From Treponemataceae bacterium (lineage in GTDB: Bacteria; Spirochaetota; Spirochaetia; Treponematales; Rectinemataceae): a DNA stretch of 64,000 nt. Shown here one piece after another: positions 16,402 through 26,797 of this stretch. A program made the translations under genes and the position numbers. How positions within the stretch are numbered: position 1 is the first letter of the stretch; each line of letters begins with the position of its first letter. The DNA is taken from positions 320,001 through 384,000 of the forward strand of contig CAXXHO010000005.1 in assembly GCA_963667725.2 (NCBI GenBank), written 5' to 3'. The notes below the pieces were generated by a model. It had not been told where the DNA came from, did not search any database, and was given only the letters and a program-made list of their open reading frames with translations.

Positions 16402-19335
16402 ATGTCATTTACGCTCATAGAGGAACGCCCGGTTCCGGAAATTGATTCCATAGCCAGACTTTATCGCCATGACGCCACCGGCGCACGCCTCCTTTCCATC
16501 GCCAACAAAGACGAAAACAAGGCCTTCGGCATCACCTTCAGGACCCCGCCTTCTCGCTCCGACGGCGTAGCCCACATCATGGAACACTCGGTGCTCTGCG
16601 GCTCGGAAAAATACCCCGTCAAGGAACCCTTCGTCGAACTGATGAAAGGCTCGCTCAACACCTTCCTCAACGCCTTCACGTATCCCGACAAGACGGTTTA
16701 TCCCGTGGCTTCGACCAACAAGAAGGACTTCTACAACCTCGTCGATGTCTATATGGACGCCGTGCTCAAGCCGCGCATCACCGAGGATACCTTCCGCCAG
16801 GAAGGCTGGCACTACGAGGTCGACGCCGAAACGGGGGCGCTCGCCTACAAGGGCGTAGTCTTCAACGAGATGAAGGGGGCATATTCCGACCCCGACGACT
16901 TCCACGACGACCAGTGCCGCCGCTCGCTCTTTCCGGACACGGCATACGGTCTGGATTCCGGAGGCGATCCCGCCGTCATCCCCCAGCTGGATTATGCCGC
17001 CTTCCTGGCATTCCATGAGAAGTATTACCATCCCTCGAATTCCTTCATCTACTTTTACGGAGACGACGATCCGGACGAGCGCCTGGCTTTCATCGATACG
17101 TGGCTTGCGCCCTATTCGCGCATGGAAGTGGATTCGCTGCCTGGGCTGCAGACCCCTTTCGCGGCGCCCATCGCCCGCACAGCCGTCTACGAAGGCAAGG
17201 AACCCAAGGCTTGGACTGCCGTCAACTGGGCGCTGGCCGAGCATGGGGACCAGAAGACGACGCTAGGCCTCTCGATTCTCTCCCACATACTCACCGCCAC
17301 GCCCGCCTCTCCCCTTCGCAAGGCTCTCATCGATTCGGGGCTGGGCGAGGATCTGGCCGGATTCGGCCTCGAGGACTCGATGAGGCTTGGGGCGTGGTCG
17401 GTAGGGCTCAAGGGCGTGCGGCCCGACAAGGTGAAAGAGGTCGAGGACCTGATCCTTTCGGAACTCACGCGGCTGGCCGATGAGGGCATCGATCCGGATA
17501 CGGTGGAAGCTTCCATCAACACGGTGGAGTTCGCCCTGCGCGAGAAGAATTCGGGGCGCTTCCCCCGCGGACTCGCGGTGATGCTGGAGGCGCTCAACGA
17601 GTGGCTCTACGACAAGGACCCAATCAAGGCGCTTTCCTTTGGCGCCTCCCTCGCCGAAATCAAGAAAGAGGCGACGGATGGCGGCGTCTACTTCGAAAGG
17701 CTCATCCGCGCATGGCTGCTCGACAATCCGCACAGAAGCACCGTGACGATACTGCCGGATCCGGAAGCCGGCGCGCGCCGGGAAGCGGAGGAGAAGGCGG
17801 CGCTGGAGGCCGCGCGCGCCGCTATGTCCGAGGCAGAATTGAAGGCGGCGGCGACCGCGGCGGAGCAGCTTCAGCTGCGGCAGAACGCTTCCGACAGTCC
17901 CGAAGCCCTCGCCACGATTCCCTCGCTGGAACTGGCCGATCTGCCTAAAAACGCGTCGAGGATTCCCTCCGAAACGGGAACGATCGCCTCCTCCACCCTG
18001 CTCTTCCACGATCTTTCGACCAGTTCCATCCTCTACCTGGACCTGGCCTTCCCCATGAACGGGCTGGACGAAAGGCTCCTTCCCTATATGGGGCTTCTCG
18101 GCAGGGCTCTCCTGGAAATGGGAACGGAAGACGCCGACTATGTGACGATGAGCCAGGAAATAGGCAAGCATACCGGCGGCGTCGGCACGACGAGCGTGCT
18201 CACCACGAAGTGGAACCGTCCCGAGGCCGCGGCCTATTTTGTGTTCAGGTCCAAGGCTATCGTGGAGAAGGTTCCGAAGCTTCTGGCGCTCCTGGAATCC
18301 GTGCTTCTTGGCGCGAAACTGGACAACAGGGAGCGGTTCAAGCAGATCGTTCTCGAGGAAAAGGCCCAATCCGAGGCCTCGCTCATTCCTTCGGGCCACC
18401 GTCTCGTCGGCTTGAGGCTCCTTTCGAGGCTCACCGAGGCGGACCGCATGTCCGAATCCATCAATGGCCTGGAACAGCTTTTCTTCCTCCGCGCGCTCGC
18501 CGAGAGGATCGATTCCGACTGGGCAGGCGTGCTCGCCGACCTGACGGCGACGCGGGACACGGTGGTGAGCGCTGCGGGCGCGATCGTGAACGTCACCATC
18601 GACAGGAAGGATTTCGAAAGGCTGAGGCCACAGCTGGAAGGTTTCGTCGCGGCGCTCCCGCAGGGGCAGGATGGAACGGCCGGCGCGCGGGCCCAGGCCA
18701 GCGGGCTCGATGCGGCGCAGGCCCGCGGCGGCGCTACCGCGGCGCCCGCCATGGAACTGCTGACCGCCCCCACCCAGGTGAATTTCGTGGGCAAGGCCTA
18801 TCCAATGGCCGCCGCGGGCGGCAAACCCTCGGGAGCCTTTCTCGTCGCGAAAAAATATCTCGACACCACCTTCCTCTGGGAAAAGGTGCGCGTGCAGGGC
18901 GGCGCCTACGGCGGTTTCTCCATGTATGACCTCAACTCGGGCGTCTTCGTCTTCCTTTCCTACAGGGATCCTAACCTCGAAAAAACGCTCGACATCTTCG
19001 CGCAGGCTTCCGAATATCTTGACAAACTCGAAATCTCGGAGGAGGAACTCACCCGCGCCATCATCGGGACCATCGGCGGCGTCGACAGCTATCTGCTTCC
19101 CGACGCCAAGGGCTTCACCTCCCTTGTCCATTACATGACAGGGTACCGTTACGAGGACAGGCAAACCATGCGCGGCCAGATCCTGGCAGCGTCGCCAGCC
19201 GACTTCAAGGCGCTCGCGGCCTCGATTGCGGCGGCGGCTCCCTTCTCCATTGCTGGCGCTCTAAGCTCCGCGCAGAAAATCGACGCGCTCCCCGAATCGA
19301 TGCGCGACGGAGCAAAGATAATCGCTGTCATGTGA
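16402..19335 (+). CDS. M16C metallopeptidase (presequence protease PreP-like, insulinase family)
   Basis: Inverted zincin HIMEH, GSEKYPVKEPF, FLNAFT, GVVFNEMKG, VRVQGGAYG and SYRDP. Confidence 0.95.
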   Translation: MSFTLIEERPVPEIDSIARLYRHDATGARLLSIANKDENKAFGITFRTPPSRSDGVAHIMEHSVLCGSEKYPVKEPFVELMKGSLNTFLNAFTYPDKTVYPVASTNKKDFYNLVDVYMDAVLKPRITEDTFRQEGWHYEVDAETGALAYKGVVFNEMKGAYSDPDDFHDDQCRRSLFPDTAYGLDSGGDPAVIPQLDYAAFLAFHEKYYHPSNSFIYFYGDDDPDERLAFIDTWLAPYSRMEVDSLPGLQTPFAAPIARTAVYEGKEPKAWTAVNWALAEHGDQKTTLGLSILSHILTATPASPLRKALIDSGLGEDLAGFGLEDSMRLGAWSVGLKGVRPDKVKEVEDLILSELTRLADEGIDPDTVEASINTVEFALREKNSGRFPRGLAVMLEALNEWLYDKDPIKALSFGASLAEIKKEATDGGVYFERLIRAWLLDNPHRSTVTILPDPEAGARREAEEKAALEAARAAMSEAELKAAATAAEQLQLRQNASDSPEALATIPSLELADLPKNASRIPSETGTIASSTLLFHDLSTSSILYLDLAFPMNGLDERLLPYMGLLGRALLEMGTEDADYVTMSQEIGKHTGGVGTTSVLTTKWNRPEAAAYFVFRSKAIVEKVPKLLALLESVLLGAKLDNRERFKQIVLEEKAQSEASLIPSGHRLVGLRLLSRLTEADRMSESINGLEQLFFLRALAERIDSDWAGVLADLTATRDTVVSAAGAIVNVTIDRKDFERLRPQLEGFVAALPQGQDGTAGARAQASGLDAAQARGGATAAPAMELLTAPTQVNFVGKAYPMAAAGGKPSGAFLVAKKYLDTTFLWEKVRVQGGAYGGFSMYDLNSGVFVFLSYRDPNLEKTLDIFAQASEYLDKLEISEEELTRAIIGTIGGVDSYLLPDAKGFTSLVHYMTGYRYEDRQTMRGQILAASPADFKALAASIAAAAPFSIAGALSSAQKIDALPESMRDGAKIIAVM

Positions 19336-19446
19336 CAGCGCCGTTTTTCCGTGTTATAATCCTCTCCATATGAAAGATGCCGTCCTGGAATTGCTTTCAG
19401 GACAACATCTTTCATAGTCTTTTCATAAATTTTGAAGGGAGACAAA

Positions 19447-20917
19447 ATGCGGAAAAAAATAAGCGCGGCTTTGCTCATTTTCGCTTGCGTCGCGACATTC
19501 GCCGGATTTGCCGAAGGAACCGGGCCTACTATGGAGGCCGGCTTCTTCTTCAATCTTTTCCCCATGTTCGAGTACACGACCCAGGCTCAGGTATCGACCG
19601 GCTCCGACATCTCCGACCGGGCCTTCGGCGAGTACTACAACAAGCCGACTTTCGGCTCGGGCGGTTTCTATTTCAAGACGGGGCCAATCACCGCCATCGG
19701 CATCATGGAGTTCCAGCAGGATATCTGGTCTAAGCTCTATAAACAGTCCATTTTCAATATGCCGGACTCCAGGACAGGCTGGGCTCCCGACATCATCGAT
19801 CTCGGCACGTTCTATCCCAACGTCGGCTATGTGGATTACGACTCCAATGGCATCAGGCTTTCTCTGGGACGCAGGAAGATAAAGGATGGTCCCGGCACCT
19901 ACGGTCTCGGAATCTCCTCCGGCAACCCTTTCTACGACCATGTCGCGGCCTCGTTGGCCGTGCCGATCGGCAGCGGGAAACTGGGCTATGACTATGTCGC
20001 GGTGGGCCTGCAGCGCTGGTCCAACGACGCTTTCGCCGGAACCGGAACCCAACCCAAATACTACTTCTTCCACCGGGCTTCGTGGACGGGTAAATATTTC
20101 ACGATTGGCATCAACGAATATACGCTTATAGCGGACGCGAATCCCGATTTCCAGGACTGGGGTCCCTTCCTCTTCTACCACAACCTCTTCACAACACACC
20201 AGAATGTCATGGCCGGCCTGGACTTCAACTGGACCCCCAGGGAGACCTTTGCCTTCTACGGCCAGTTCATCCTGGACGATTTCATGCTCGGCACGGAAGC
20301 AGGTAGCAACCCGACGGCCATCGGTCTCTCGGTGGGCGCGGACCTGAATCTCATTCCGGGTTCTGGGGCTGCGGGAGCTAAATATTACGATTCCGATTAC
20401 ACCTACTATGTCGGCAGGAACCAAGTGCCCAAGGGCGGCCTCAATGTCCGCGCCGAGGGCTATCTGCTCTCCAGATATCTCTACCGCAGGCAGAGCGGCG
20501 CTCCAAACGAAGCCTTTACCGCTCAGTACGAAGTCATGTCCAACTGGCCGCAGGCTATATCGACGGAAGGCCCTTCTCGCCACGCCCCTCGCCCCGACAC
20601 TGCCCTGGGGAGACTGGCCCTTACCTGGGTCGCCATGCCCTGGAAGCTTCCTTCGCCTTCGAGTACAGGCTCGTCGGTTCCGAGAGCGGCTTGAAGACCT
20701 ACGATTACAGTACCGTCGACTACTCGTGGAGCGTTCTCTGGCCAGCTCGCCGACTACCGAGCTGAGTTTCAAGCTCGACGGGAAATATCGCCTCGGCACC
20801 GCGTCCATGGCCACGGCAGGCGTGGTCCTTGTCCTGGACGAAGGAAGTCCGGCCGTTACCGTTAACGCCGGTTTCGCCCATCAGTTCGCCGCGGGCAAAG
20901 GTCCATCCTTAAAATAG
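19447..20917 (+). CDS. Exported/outer-membrane protein, capsule-assembly Wzi-like; 3' part interrupted by about 5 apparent single-base deletions
   Basis: Signal peptide; LSLGR....GPG, FHR, PFLFYHN, NVMAGLD and FYGQFILDDF. Coding-like codons can be threaded across frames from 20548 to 20741 into the frame ending at TAG 20917. Confidence 0.6.
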
Positions 20918-20981
20918 AGAAGTGGATTCAGTCAAGAACGTGAATAAAGCGGCGGCCCTTCGCGGACCGCCGACGTCCCCG

Positions 20982-21457
20982 CTATACTTCGCGAAGACGA
21001 CAATGTAGTTGTGCCCGTATTTCTTGGCGCATTTCGGGCATGTCGTGTAATAGAAGTAATAGTCCTTGGCGATTTTCGCCCTCATGGCGAGAAAATCGTC
21101 CACGGCCTGGATGTATTTGGGAACGTCGTTGTAGGGACCGTCGTAGACCTTGCTGAAAAAGGTGCCGCTCAACGTCACCGTTTCCGGGCCTTCCTTCGCG
21201 ACAGAGAGGAAAAGTTCCGATTTCCACGGCGAGGGATCGTGCATCAGGAGAAGAAAATCCCCCGTCGCTGGCGCGATGCCCAGATCCTGCGCCCGCTTCC
21301 ACAGCTTGCTTATCCCCGGTCCCATGAAGCCCGGAATGGGCATATGGAAAAGCTGCGGGATCGAGCCTTTCAGGAAAGGCTTATCCTTCCAAACGTGTTC
21401 GACGCCGTCCCACGGTTTAGGATCGAAAACCGGGCAGCATTCTTTCTCTTCGCCCAT
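20982..21457 (-). CDS. Conserved 'hydrolase'-annotated GyrI-like protein (CCP..DP..WD ... YTTCPKCAKKYG)
   Basis: Motifs recognised from memory of this family, GGAGGTG RBS. The likely true end is FAKV* at 20982 if one base is restored. The track ORF runs on to 20909. Confidence 0.75.
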
Positions 21458-21478
21458 GGTTCACCTCCACTTCCTAGT

Positions 21479-22279
21479 TTAAAGCACGAAAAAGAGGAAT
21501 ACGAGGGCCTCCCGCCACGAAGCCGCGCTGTACGCCACTTCGTGGGTGCCGATCTTCTGGGCTCCGGGGAAAAAGGAGCCTCGATGGGCAAGGTAATGTT
21601 CCTTGAAACGAATCTCGACGTCGAAGCGTCTCGGTATGTACTGTTTTTCGATCGCGGGAGGATTCGCGATGGCTTCCGCCACCGTGTCCCGGATCATGCG
21701 TTGGGCGACATTCGGATGAATCGATATCGATCCATTGCCGATCCCCCTGCTGACGGGAGCTGTCCTTATTCCCCAATCCAATCCGTCAGCGAAAGCGCAC
21801 AACGCCTCGTCGCCGGCCAGGAAGAGCACGGGCACGCGGAGGGAAACCGCCGTATAGGCATTCATGAGAAACTCGCTCGCCTGTATGCCGTTGACCTTCA
21901 CCCAGACGTTGCCGCCGTTCATCGTGTGGGCCAGGGGATTGCCGTCCGAGCCTGCCGGCGAATGATAGCCGGTAAAAAGAACGCCCTCGAAGGTCGAGTC
22001 GAGACCCGCCATCATGACCAGGGGATCCTTCGTCCAGGAGCGCAGTATCCTCACTTTTTCGGGCAGGGCTGACGGATCGATATTCCTGCCGGTGCTGTGG
22101 GCGTCCTTGACGAGGATGTCGTCCACGCCGGAGAAGACGGCGGCCTCGCAGGCCGCCGCCACTTCCTTCGTCATCTGCGACCTGAAATACACGCTCTGCG
22201 CGTCGCCGAGATCGGTTTCCTTCCAGTCCACGATGCCGCAGGTGCCTTCGATATCGGCGCTCAAATACAGTTTTTTCAT
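21479..22279 (-). CDS. M55 family D-aminopeptidase
   Basis: SADIEG, KDAH, GYH and LAHT metal-binding motifs. Confidence 0.92.
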   Translation of the reverse strand: MKKLYLSADIEGTCGIVDWKETDLGDAQSVYFRSQMTKEVAAACEAAVFSGVDDILVKDAHSTGRNIDPSALPEKVRILRSWTKDPLVMMAGLDSTFEGVLFTGYHSPAGSDGNPLAHTMNGGNVWVKVNGIQASEFLMNAYTAVSLRVPVLFLAGDEALCAFADGLDWGIRTAPVSRGIGNGSISIHPNVAQRMIRDTVAEAIANPPAIEKQYIPRRFDVEIRFKEHYLAHRGSFFPGAQKIGTHEVAYSAASWREALVFLFFVL

Positions 22280-22295
22280 GATCAGCCTCCGGATG

Positions 22296-23069
22296 CTATA
22301 ATTTTGCCGCTCGCGTGGCGATGAACGTATTGATATAGGGATCGAGCAGGTCTCCCCATCCCGAAGAGTCCTCGAAGAATCCCGTCACGGCGAATCCGGC
22401 GGCGATCTGGCCGCCTATCTGGTCTTCGAGGGAGTGGCCGAATTCCAGCGCTTCCTTGGCCGCCATTCTCTTGGCCAGCAGATCTTCGGGAAGTTGCGCG
22501 ATATCGGAATAGGGAATTCTGTAGCGCACGTTCAGCTTCTGGTTCGTGTCCCATTCCTCAAGATCGAATATGTAGAGAATAGGATTGACGAAACCGGCGA
22601 GGAGAACGCCGCCCTTTTTAAGGACTCTACGACATTCCTTCCAAACCGGCCGCACATCCTCGACGAAGATGTTCGACACCGGATGGAATATTACATCGAA
22701 GCTGCCGTCGGGGAAGCGCGAAAGGTCTTTCATGTCGCCCTGCTCCAGGCGTATATCCAGCCCTTCGCGCGCCGCGACCGCGCCGTCGCGCTCCAGCTGG
22801 GCGGGGCAGTTGTCGAACACGGTGACTTTCGCATCCGCGGCGGCGAGAATCGGTCCCTGCTGGCCGCCGCCGGAGGCGAGGCAGAGAATGTCTTTCCCGC
22901 TCACTTCGCCGAACCATTCCCGCGGAACCGGTTTTGTCGGCGTAAGGAGCAGCGACCATTGGCCTTTTCTGGCGTCAGCGATTTCCTCAGGCGATACGGG
23001 CACCGTCCATTTGTTGCCTTCGGCCACTTCCTTGGTCCAGGCTTCCCTGTTATAGCTGACAATATCCAC
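22296..23069 (-). CDS. Class I SAM-dependent methyltransferase
   Basis: ILCLASGGGQQ motif I, GDMKDL, FDVIFHPVSN and RVLKKGG. Confidence 0.92.
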   Translation of the reverse strand: MDIVSYNREAWTKEVAEGNKWTVPVSPEEIADARKGQWSLLLTPTKPVPREWFGEVSGKDILCLASGGGQQGPILAAADAKVTVFDNCPAQLERDGAVAAREGLDIRLEQGDMKDLSRFPDGSFDVIFHPVSNIFVEDVRPVWKECRRVLKKGGVLLAGFVNPILYIFDLEEWDTNQKLNVRYRIPYSDIAQLPEDLLAKRMAAKEALEFGHSLEDQIGGQIAAGFAVTGFFEDSSGWGDLLDPYINTFIATRAAKL

Positions 23070-23126
23070 GTCGTTCTCCTTCAGAATCCTGACCGCGCCG
23101 ATCGGGGGATCAGGACACCGCGGCTC

Positions 23127-24050
23127 TCAGAGCGTCTTTTCGAGATAGACTGCCCCTTCCAGAGGATTGTACACATAGGCGCCCGTTTCATGGAAGCCTA
23201 AGGATCCGTACAGCGAAAGGGCTGGACGCATGGATTTGAGCGTGTCCAGACGCATGAGCCGATAGCCCTTCGATCGGGCCTCCTCGATTATCATAAGCGC
23301 GAGTTTCTTGCCCACGCCCCTGCCCTTGCAGGCGTCCCTGACGAAGAGTCGCTTCATCTCGCAGATGCCGTCGCCGATTTTCTTCATGGCGACGCAGCCG
23401 CACAACGCGCCGCCGGCTTTGGCGACAAGGAGCGCCCCATCGGGTTCGGAATATTTTCCCGGCAAAGTCTTCAGCTCCTCATCAATACCCTGAAAACAAA
23501 GGTCCAAAGCCATGGAGGACAGATACTCCTCGATGAGGCCGCGTACGGCTTCCATGTCGGCGGGTTTGGCCTTTCGATACGTTATGCGCGCGATCTTCGC
23601 GGTTCCGGAACCGGAGGGCATTTCGGCGAGCTTGATGGAGAGCAGCGCGAAAAAGGAGTCCACATCGTCCGTGGCGTTGATACTGAGGGATATGCCGTGA
23701 TATTTCTTTCCCTTCGATTCCGCGTACTGCGTCTTGGCCGCTTCGGGCAAGGGCGCGGCGTTCACCGCGTCTCCCTTGTCGGGCTTGAGATAGAACGTTG
23801 TCCTGAAATATCCTTCATAGACGCCGAGCCAGAACACGGTCTTCTCCTTCGCGGAGACCTTGAGAAGCCAGCATTTGGTGTCGCGGTAATAGGACCAGTT
23901 CTCGACTATTCCGGGGTGATTTTTGCGCAGCCTTTCGAAGAGCGTCTCGTAGGCGCCGAAGGCTGTCTCGCCGAGCGCATTTTTCAGGGATCCTTCCAGA
24001 GGATGCGCGGCGGCGTTGATCAATGCCGATTTTTCCATATCGATTATCAT
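23127..24050 (-). CDS. DUF3788-like domain fused to a GNAT N-acetyltransferase
   Basis: N-half W.YYRD.K.WLLK..K.KT.FW. C-half LCFQG..EEL..LPGKY, CEMKRLFV...GRGVG, MRLDT and LY.SLGF. Confidence 0.8.
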   Translation of the reverse strand: MIIDMEKSALINAAAHPLEGSLKNALGETAFGAYETLFERLRKNHPGIVENWSYYRDTKCWLLKVSAKEKTVFWLGVYEGYFRTTFYLKPDKGDAVNAAPLPEAAKTQYAESKGKKYHGISLSINATDDVDSFFALLSIKLAEMPSGSGTAKIARITYRKAKPADMEAVRGLIEEYLSSMALDLCFQGIDEELKTLPGKYSEPDGALLVAKAGGALCGCVAMKKIGDGICEMKRLFVRDACKGRGVGKKLALMIIEEARSKGYRLMRLDTLKSMRPALSLYGSLGFHETGAYVYNPLEGAVYLEKTL

Positions 24051-24072
24051 CCGCTATTGCGGCCGATAAATC

Positions 24073-24104
24073 AACGAACCTCGCGGTTTCTCGCGAGGTT
24101 CGTT
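24073..24104. terminator. Stem-loop downstream of the lipoprotein gene
   Basis: AACGAACCTCGCG / CGCGAGGTTCGTT, a 13-bp perfect stem. Confidence 0.65.
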
Positions 24105-24165
24105 ATGCTGTGGGGTATTGCTTTACGTCAATGGATCGAGCGCGATTCGCGGCGGGAAAGCCGGC

Positions 24166-24693
24166 TTACTCGACCTTCCAGTACTCCAGGTGGATGGTGT
24201 AGCCGTTCGAGGACTTCTCGATGACGCCGGTGGGTTCGCCGAGGGCCTCGATTTGCTCTTGTGTAATCGGCTTGGATACCACGACAGACGAACTCTCGGT
24301 TGCTTTGGCGTTCTTGCTGGCGGAAAGCGATCGATAAAGCGGCGTATAGATATCAGCATACCCTTCATGCAGGTATATATAGAAATAGGCGTCATAAAGA
24401 TAGGAGGGACTAAACAGATAATCCTCATCCGGCGTGAGAGTGTAGCTAAAGTAAACCATAGGTTTGAAGTTTATATTGTAACCGACATAGTAGGTGCCAG
24501 GCTGGGAGTGATAATATTCATTATAACTCACGGTGCTCAGATTGGCGATGGTTGGATTAGTGTCGCTAAAGTATGTCAGTACATTATCCCAACCGTAGCC
24601 GATATAGACATCACCTCTCACCGTAATGTAGCAGGAAGAAAACAGCACTGCGACTAATACAGCCGCCGCCAATAAAAAACGTTTGCCTTTCAT
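24166..24693 (-). CDS. Tyr-rich hypothetical lipoprotein
   Basis: MKGKRFLLAAAVLVAVLFSS-C lipobox, AAAGGA/GAGGAG RBS. Confidence 0.8.
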   Translation of the reverse strand: MKGKRFLLAAAVLVAVLFSSCYITVRGDVYIGYGWDNVLTYFSDTNPTIANLSTVSYNEYYHSQPGTYYVGYNINFKPMVYFSYTLTPDEDYLFSPSYLYDAYFYIYLHEGYADIYTPLYRSLSASKNAKATESSSVVVSKPITQEQIEALGEPTGVIEKSSNGYTIHLEYWKVE

Positions 24694-24916
24694 GTTCCTT
24701 TCTCCTCGATCAGGGCGTCGATTCACGGCCTTGTCGCCCATACTTTACTAACATACCGTTTAATCGATCGTTATATCCACTTTTTGAGGAAAATTTCGTT
24801 CATTTCAACGTTGCGGCCGGGCGCGGCACCCCCCAGCTCGTTGCGGCCCAGCCGCGGCGCGGCGGCTCAAGCCCGCGTAGAAGCCCCGCCCGGAACCATG
24901 GTATAGTGGGCGCCGC

Positions 24917-26797
24917 ATGAACATTCTTTCCATATCCGGCGCCGCCGTCGCGCTGAAAGACGGATTTCTTTTCGAAGGGCTCGATCTGGGCATCGAATCG
25001 GGCGAGAGGATCGGCCTCGTGGGGCTCAACGGCTCGGGAAAAACGACCCTGCTCCGCATCCTCGCTGGCACGCTGCAGGCCGACAAAGGCGAATTCGCCC
25101 GGCGAAGAGGCCTCGCCGTATCCATCCTGGAGCAGATGCCAACCTTTGGCCCCGAAACGACGATCGCCGACTTTCTCTATGGGGGAAAGTCCCCTGAAAT
25201 ACATCTCAACAAGCGGCGGCGTCACGCCGAAGGCCAGGAACTCGCGCGTATAGAGAAGGAACTCGAGGCCCTGGGACCCGTCCCCCTCGAGAACCGCTAC
25301 GCCTCGCTCTGCGCCGAACTAGGCCTCAGCGATCTCGATCGGCTCATGTCGACTATGTCGGGCGGCGAAGTGAAAAAGGCCGCGCTGGCGCGGACGCTGG
25401 CGCCTAAATCGGATCTCATCCTCCTCGACGAACCCACCAACCATCTCGACCTCGATTCGATCGAATGGCTCGAGACGAGGCTTCTCGCCTCCAAATTCGC
25501 CTTCGTCCTCGTGACGCACGATCGCTGGTTCCTGGACACGGTAGCCGACTCGATTCTCGAGATAGACAGGCGCCGCGTACACCGCCATCCTGGCAATTAT
25601 ACGCAATATCTCCAGCGAAAGGCGGAACGCTGGGCCGCCCTTGAGGCGGCCGAAAACCGCCGTCTGGCCAACCTCAAGGTGGAGCTCGCCTGGCTTATGC
25701 GCGGGGCGCGGGCCAGGGCTACGAAAAGCGAACGCCGAAAGGACGATATCAGGGCGATGCAGGCCGCCGCGCTGGAGCGTCCCGCGTCGAACTTCGTCTT
25801 CTCGTCGGCCGAAAGCCGCTTGGGGAAAAAAGCCGTCATTCTCAAGGGCGCGTCGGTCTCTTACGACGGCAAAAAAGTGCTAAATCCCGTCGATTACGAG
25901 ATCGAGCCGGGCGCCCGGCTCGGCATCGTCGGGCCCAACGGCTCGGGCAAGACGAGCCTCCTCAACCTTATCACGGGAAAGATCGAGCCGACCTCGGGCA
26001 GCGTCGTCCGCGGCGACACAACGCGGATTTCCTGCTTTGAGCAGACGGCCGATTCGGTCGACCCCGCCGTTTCGGTGCTGGATTATATCCGCGGCCACGC
26101 CGAGCGCCTGAGGCTTTCCGACGGCGCCGCCCAGGACGCGACGATCCTCCTCGAGCGTTTCGGTTTCAGCCGGGACTTCCAGGCCATGCCCGTTGGGAAA
26201 CTTTCGGGCGGCGAGCGCAGGAGGCTACAGCTGGTGCGCGTCCTGGTCGAGGCGCCGAACATCCTGCTCCTGGATGAGCCGACCAACGATCTCGACATAG
26301 ACACGATCGAGGCGCTCGAGGATTTCCTCGAAGGATTCCAGGGTTGCGTCGTGGCGGTTTCCCACGACCGCGCCTTCCTGGACCGCATAGCCCGCTTCCT
26401 CATCGTGATGGACGGCAAGGGCGACGCGAGGCCTTTCAACGGCTCCTACCTGGAATGGAAGGCGGAGCTCGACGAGGCGAAGGCGCAGGCCGCGGCGGCC
26501 AAGAAGGGGGCGGGGGAGCGGGACGACGCGGCCGGCGGCGCAGCGGCGAAGCCAGGCGCGGCGCGCGGCAAAAAAAAGAAGTTCAGCTTCGCCGAGCGGC
26601 GCGAATTCGACGGCCTCATGCCCGAAATCGACGCGCTCGAGGCGGAAAAGGCCGGCATCGAGACGCTGTTCGGGACGGCGGGCGCCGCGCCCGCGGAGAT
26701 CCGGAAAGCCCATGAGCGCTATGACGAAGTGATCCACCTCATCGAGACGAAAACCCTGCGCTGGGAAGAACTCGCCCAGCGGGAGGCGGAACTGTGA
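24917..26797 (+). CDS. ABC-F family ATPase (Uup-like)
   Basis: Two NBDs (GLNGSGKT / MSGGE / LLDEPTN and GPNGSGKT / LSGGE / LLDEPTND), linker ARARATK, C-terminal coiled coil ending RWEEL, no TM helices. Confidence 0.92.
   Translation: MNILSISGAAVALKDGFLFEGLDLGIESGERIGLVGLNGSGKTTLLRILAGTLQADKGEFARRRGLAVSILEQMPTFGPETTIADFLYGGKSPEIHLNKRRRHAEGQELARIEKELEALGPVPLENRYASLCAELGLSDLDRLMSTMSGGEVKKAALARTLAPKSDLILLDEPTNHLDLDSIEWLETRLLASKFAFVLVTHDRWFLDTVADSILEIDRRRVHRHPGNYTQYLQRKAERWAALEAAENRRLANLKVELAWLMRGARARATKSERRKDDIRAMQAAALERPASNFVFSSAESRLGKKAVILKGASVSYDGKKVLNPVDYEIEPGARLGIVGPNGSGKTSLLNLITGKIEPTSGSVVRGDTTRISCFEQTADSVDPAVSVLDYIRGHAERLRLSDGAAQDATILLERFGFSRDFQAMPVGKLSGGERRRLQLVRVLVEAPNILLLDEPTNDLDIDTIEALEDFLEGFQGCVVAVSHDRAFLDRIARFLIVMDGKGDARPFNGSYLEWKAELDEAKAQAAAAKKGAGERDDAAGGAAAKPGAARGKKKKFSFAERREFDGLMPEIDALEAEKAGIETLFGTAGAAPAEIRKAHERYDEVIHLIETKTLRWEELAQREAEL

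Noticed and set aside
24166..24693. Lipoprotein as a diversity-generating retroelement target
   Set aside because: No reverse transcriptase or template/variable repeat pair in the window.
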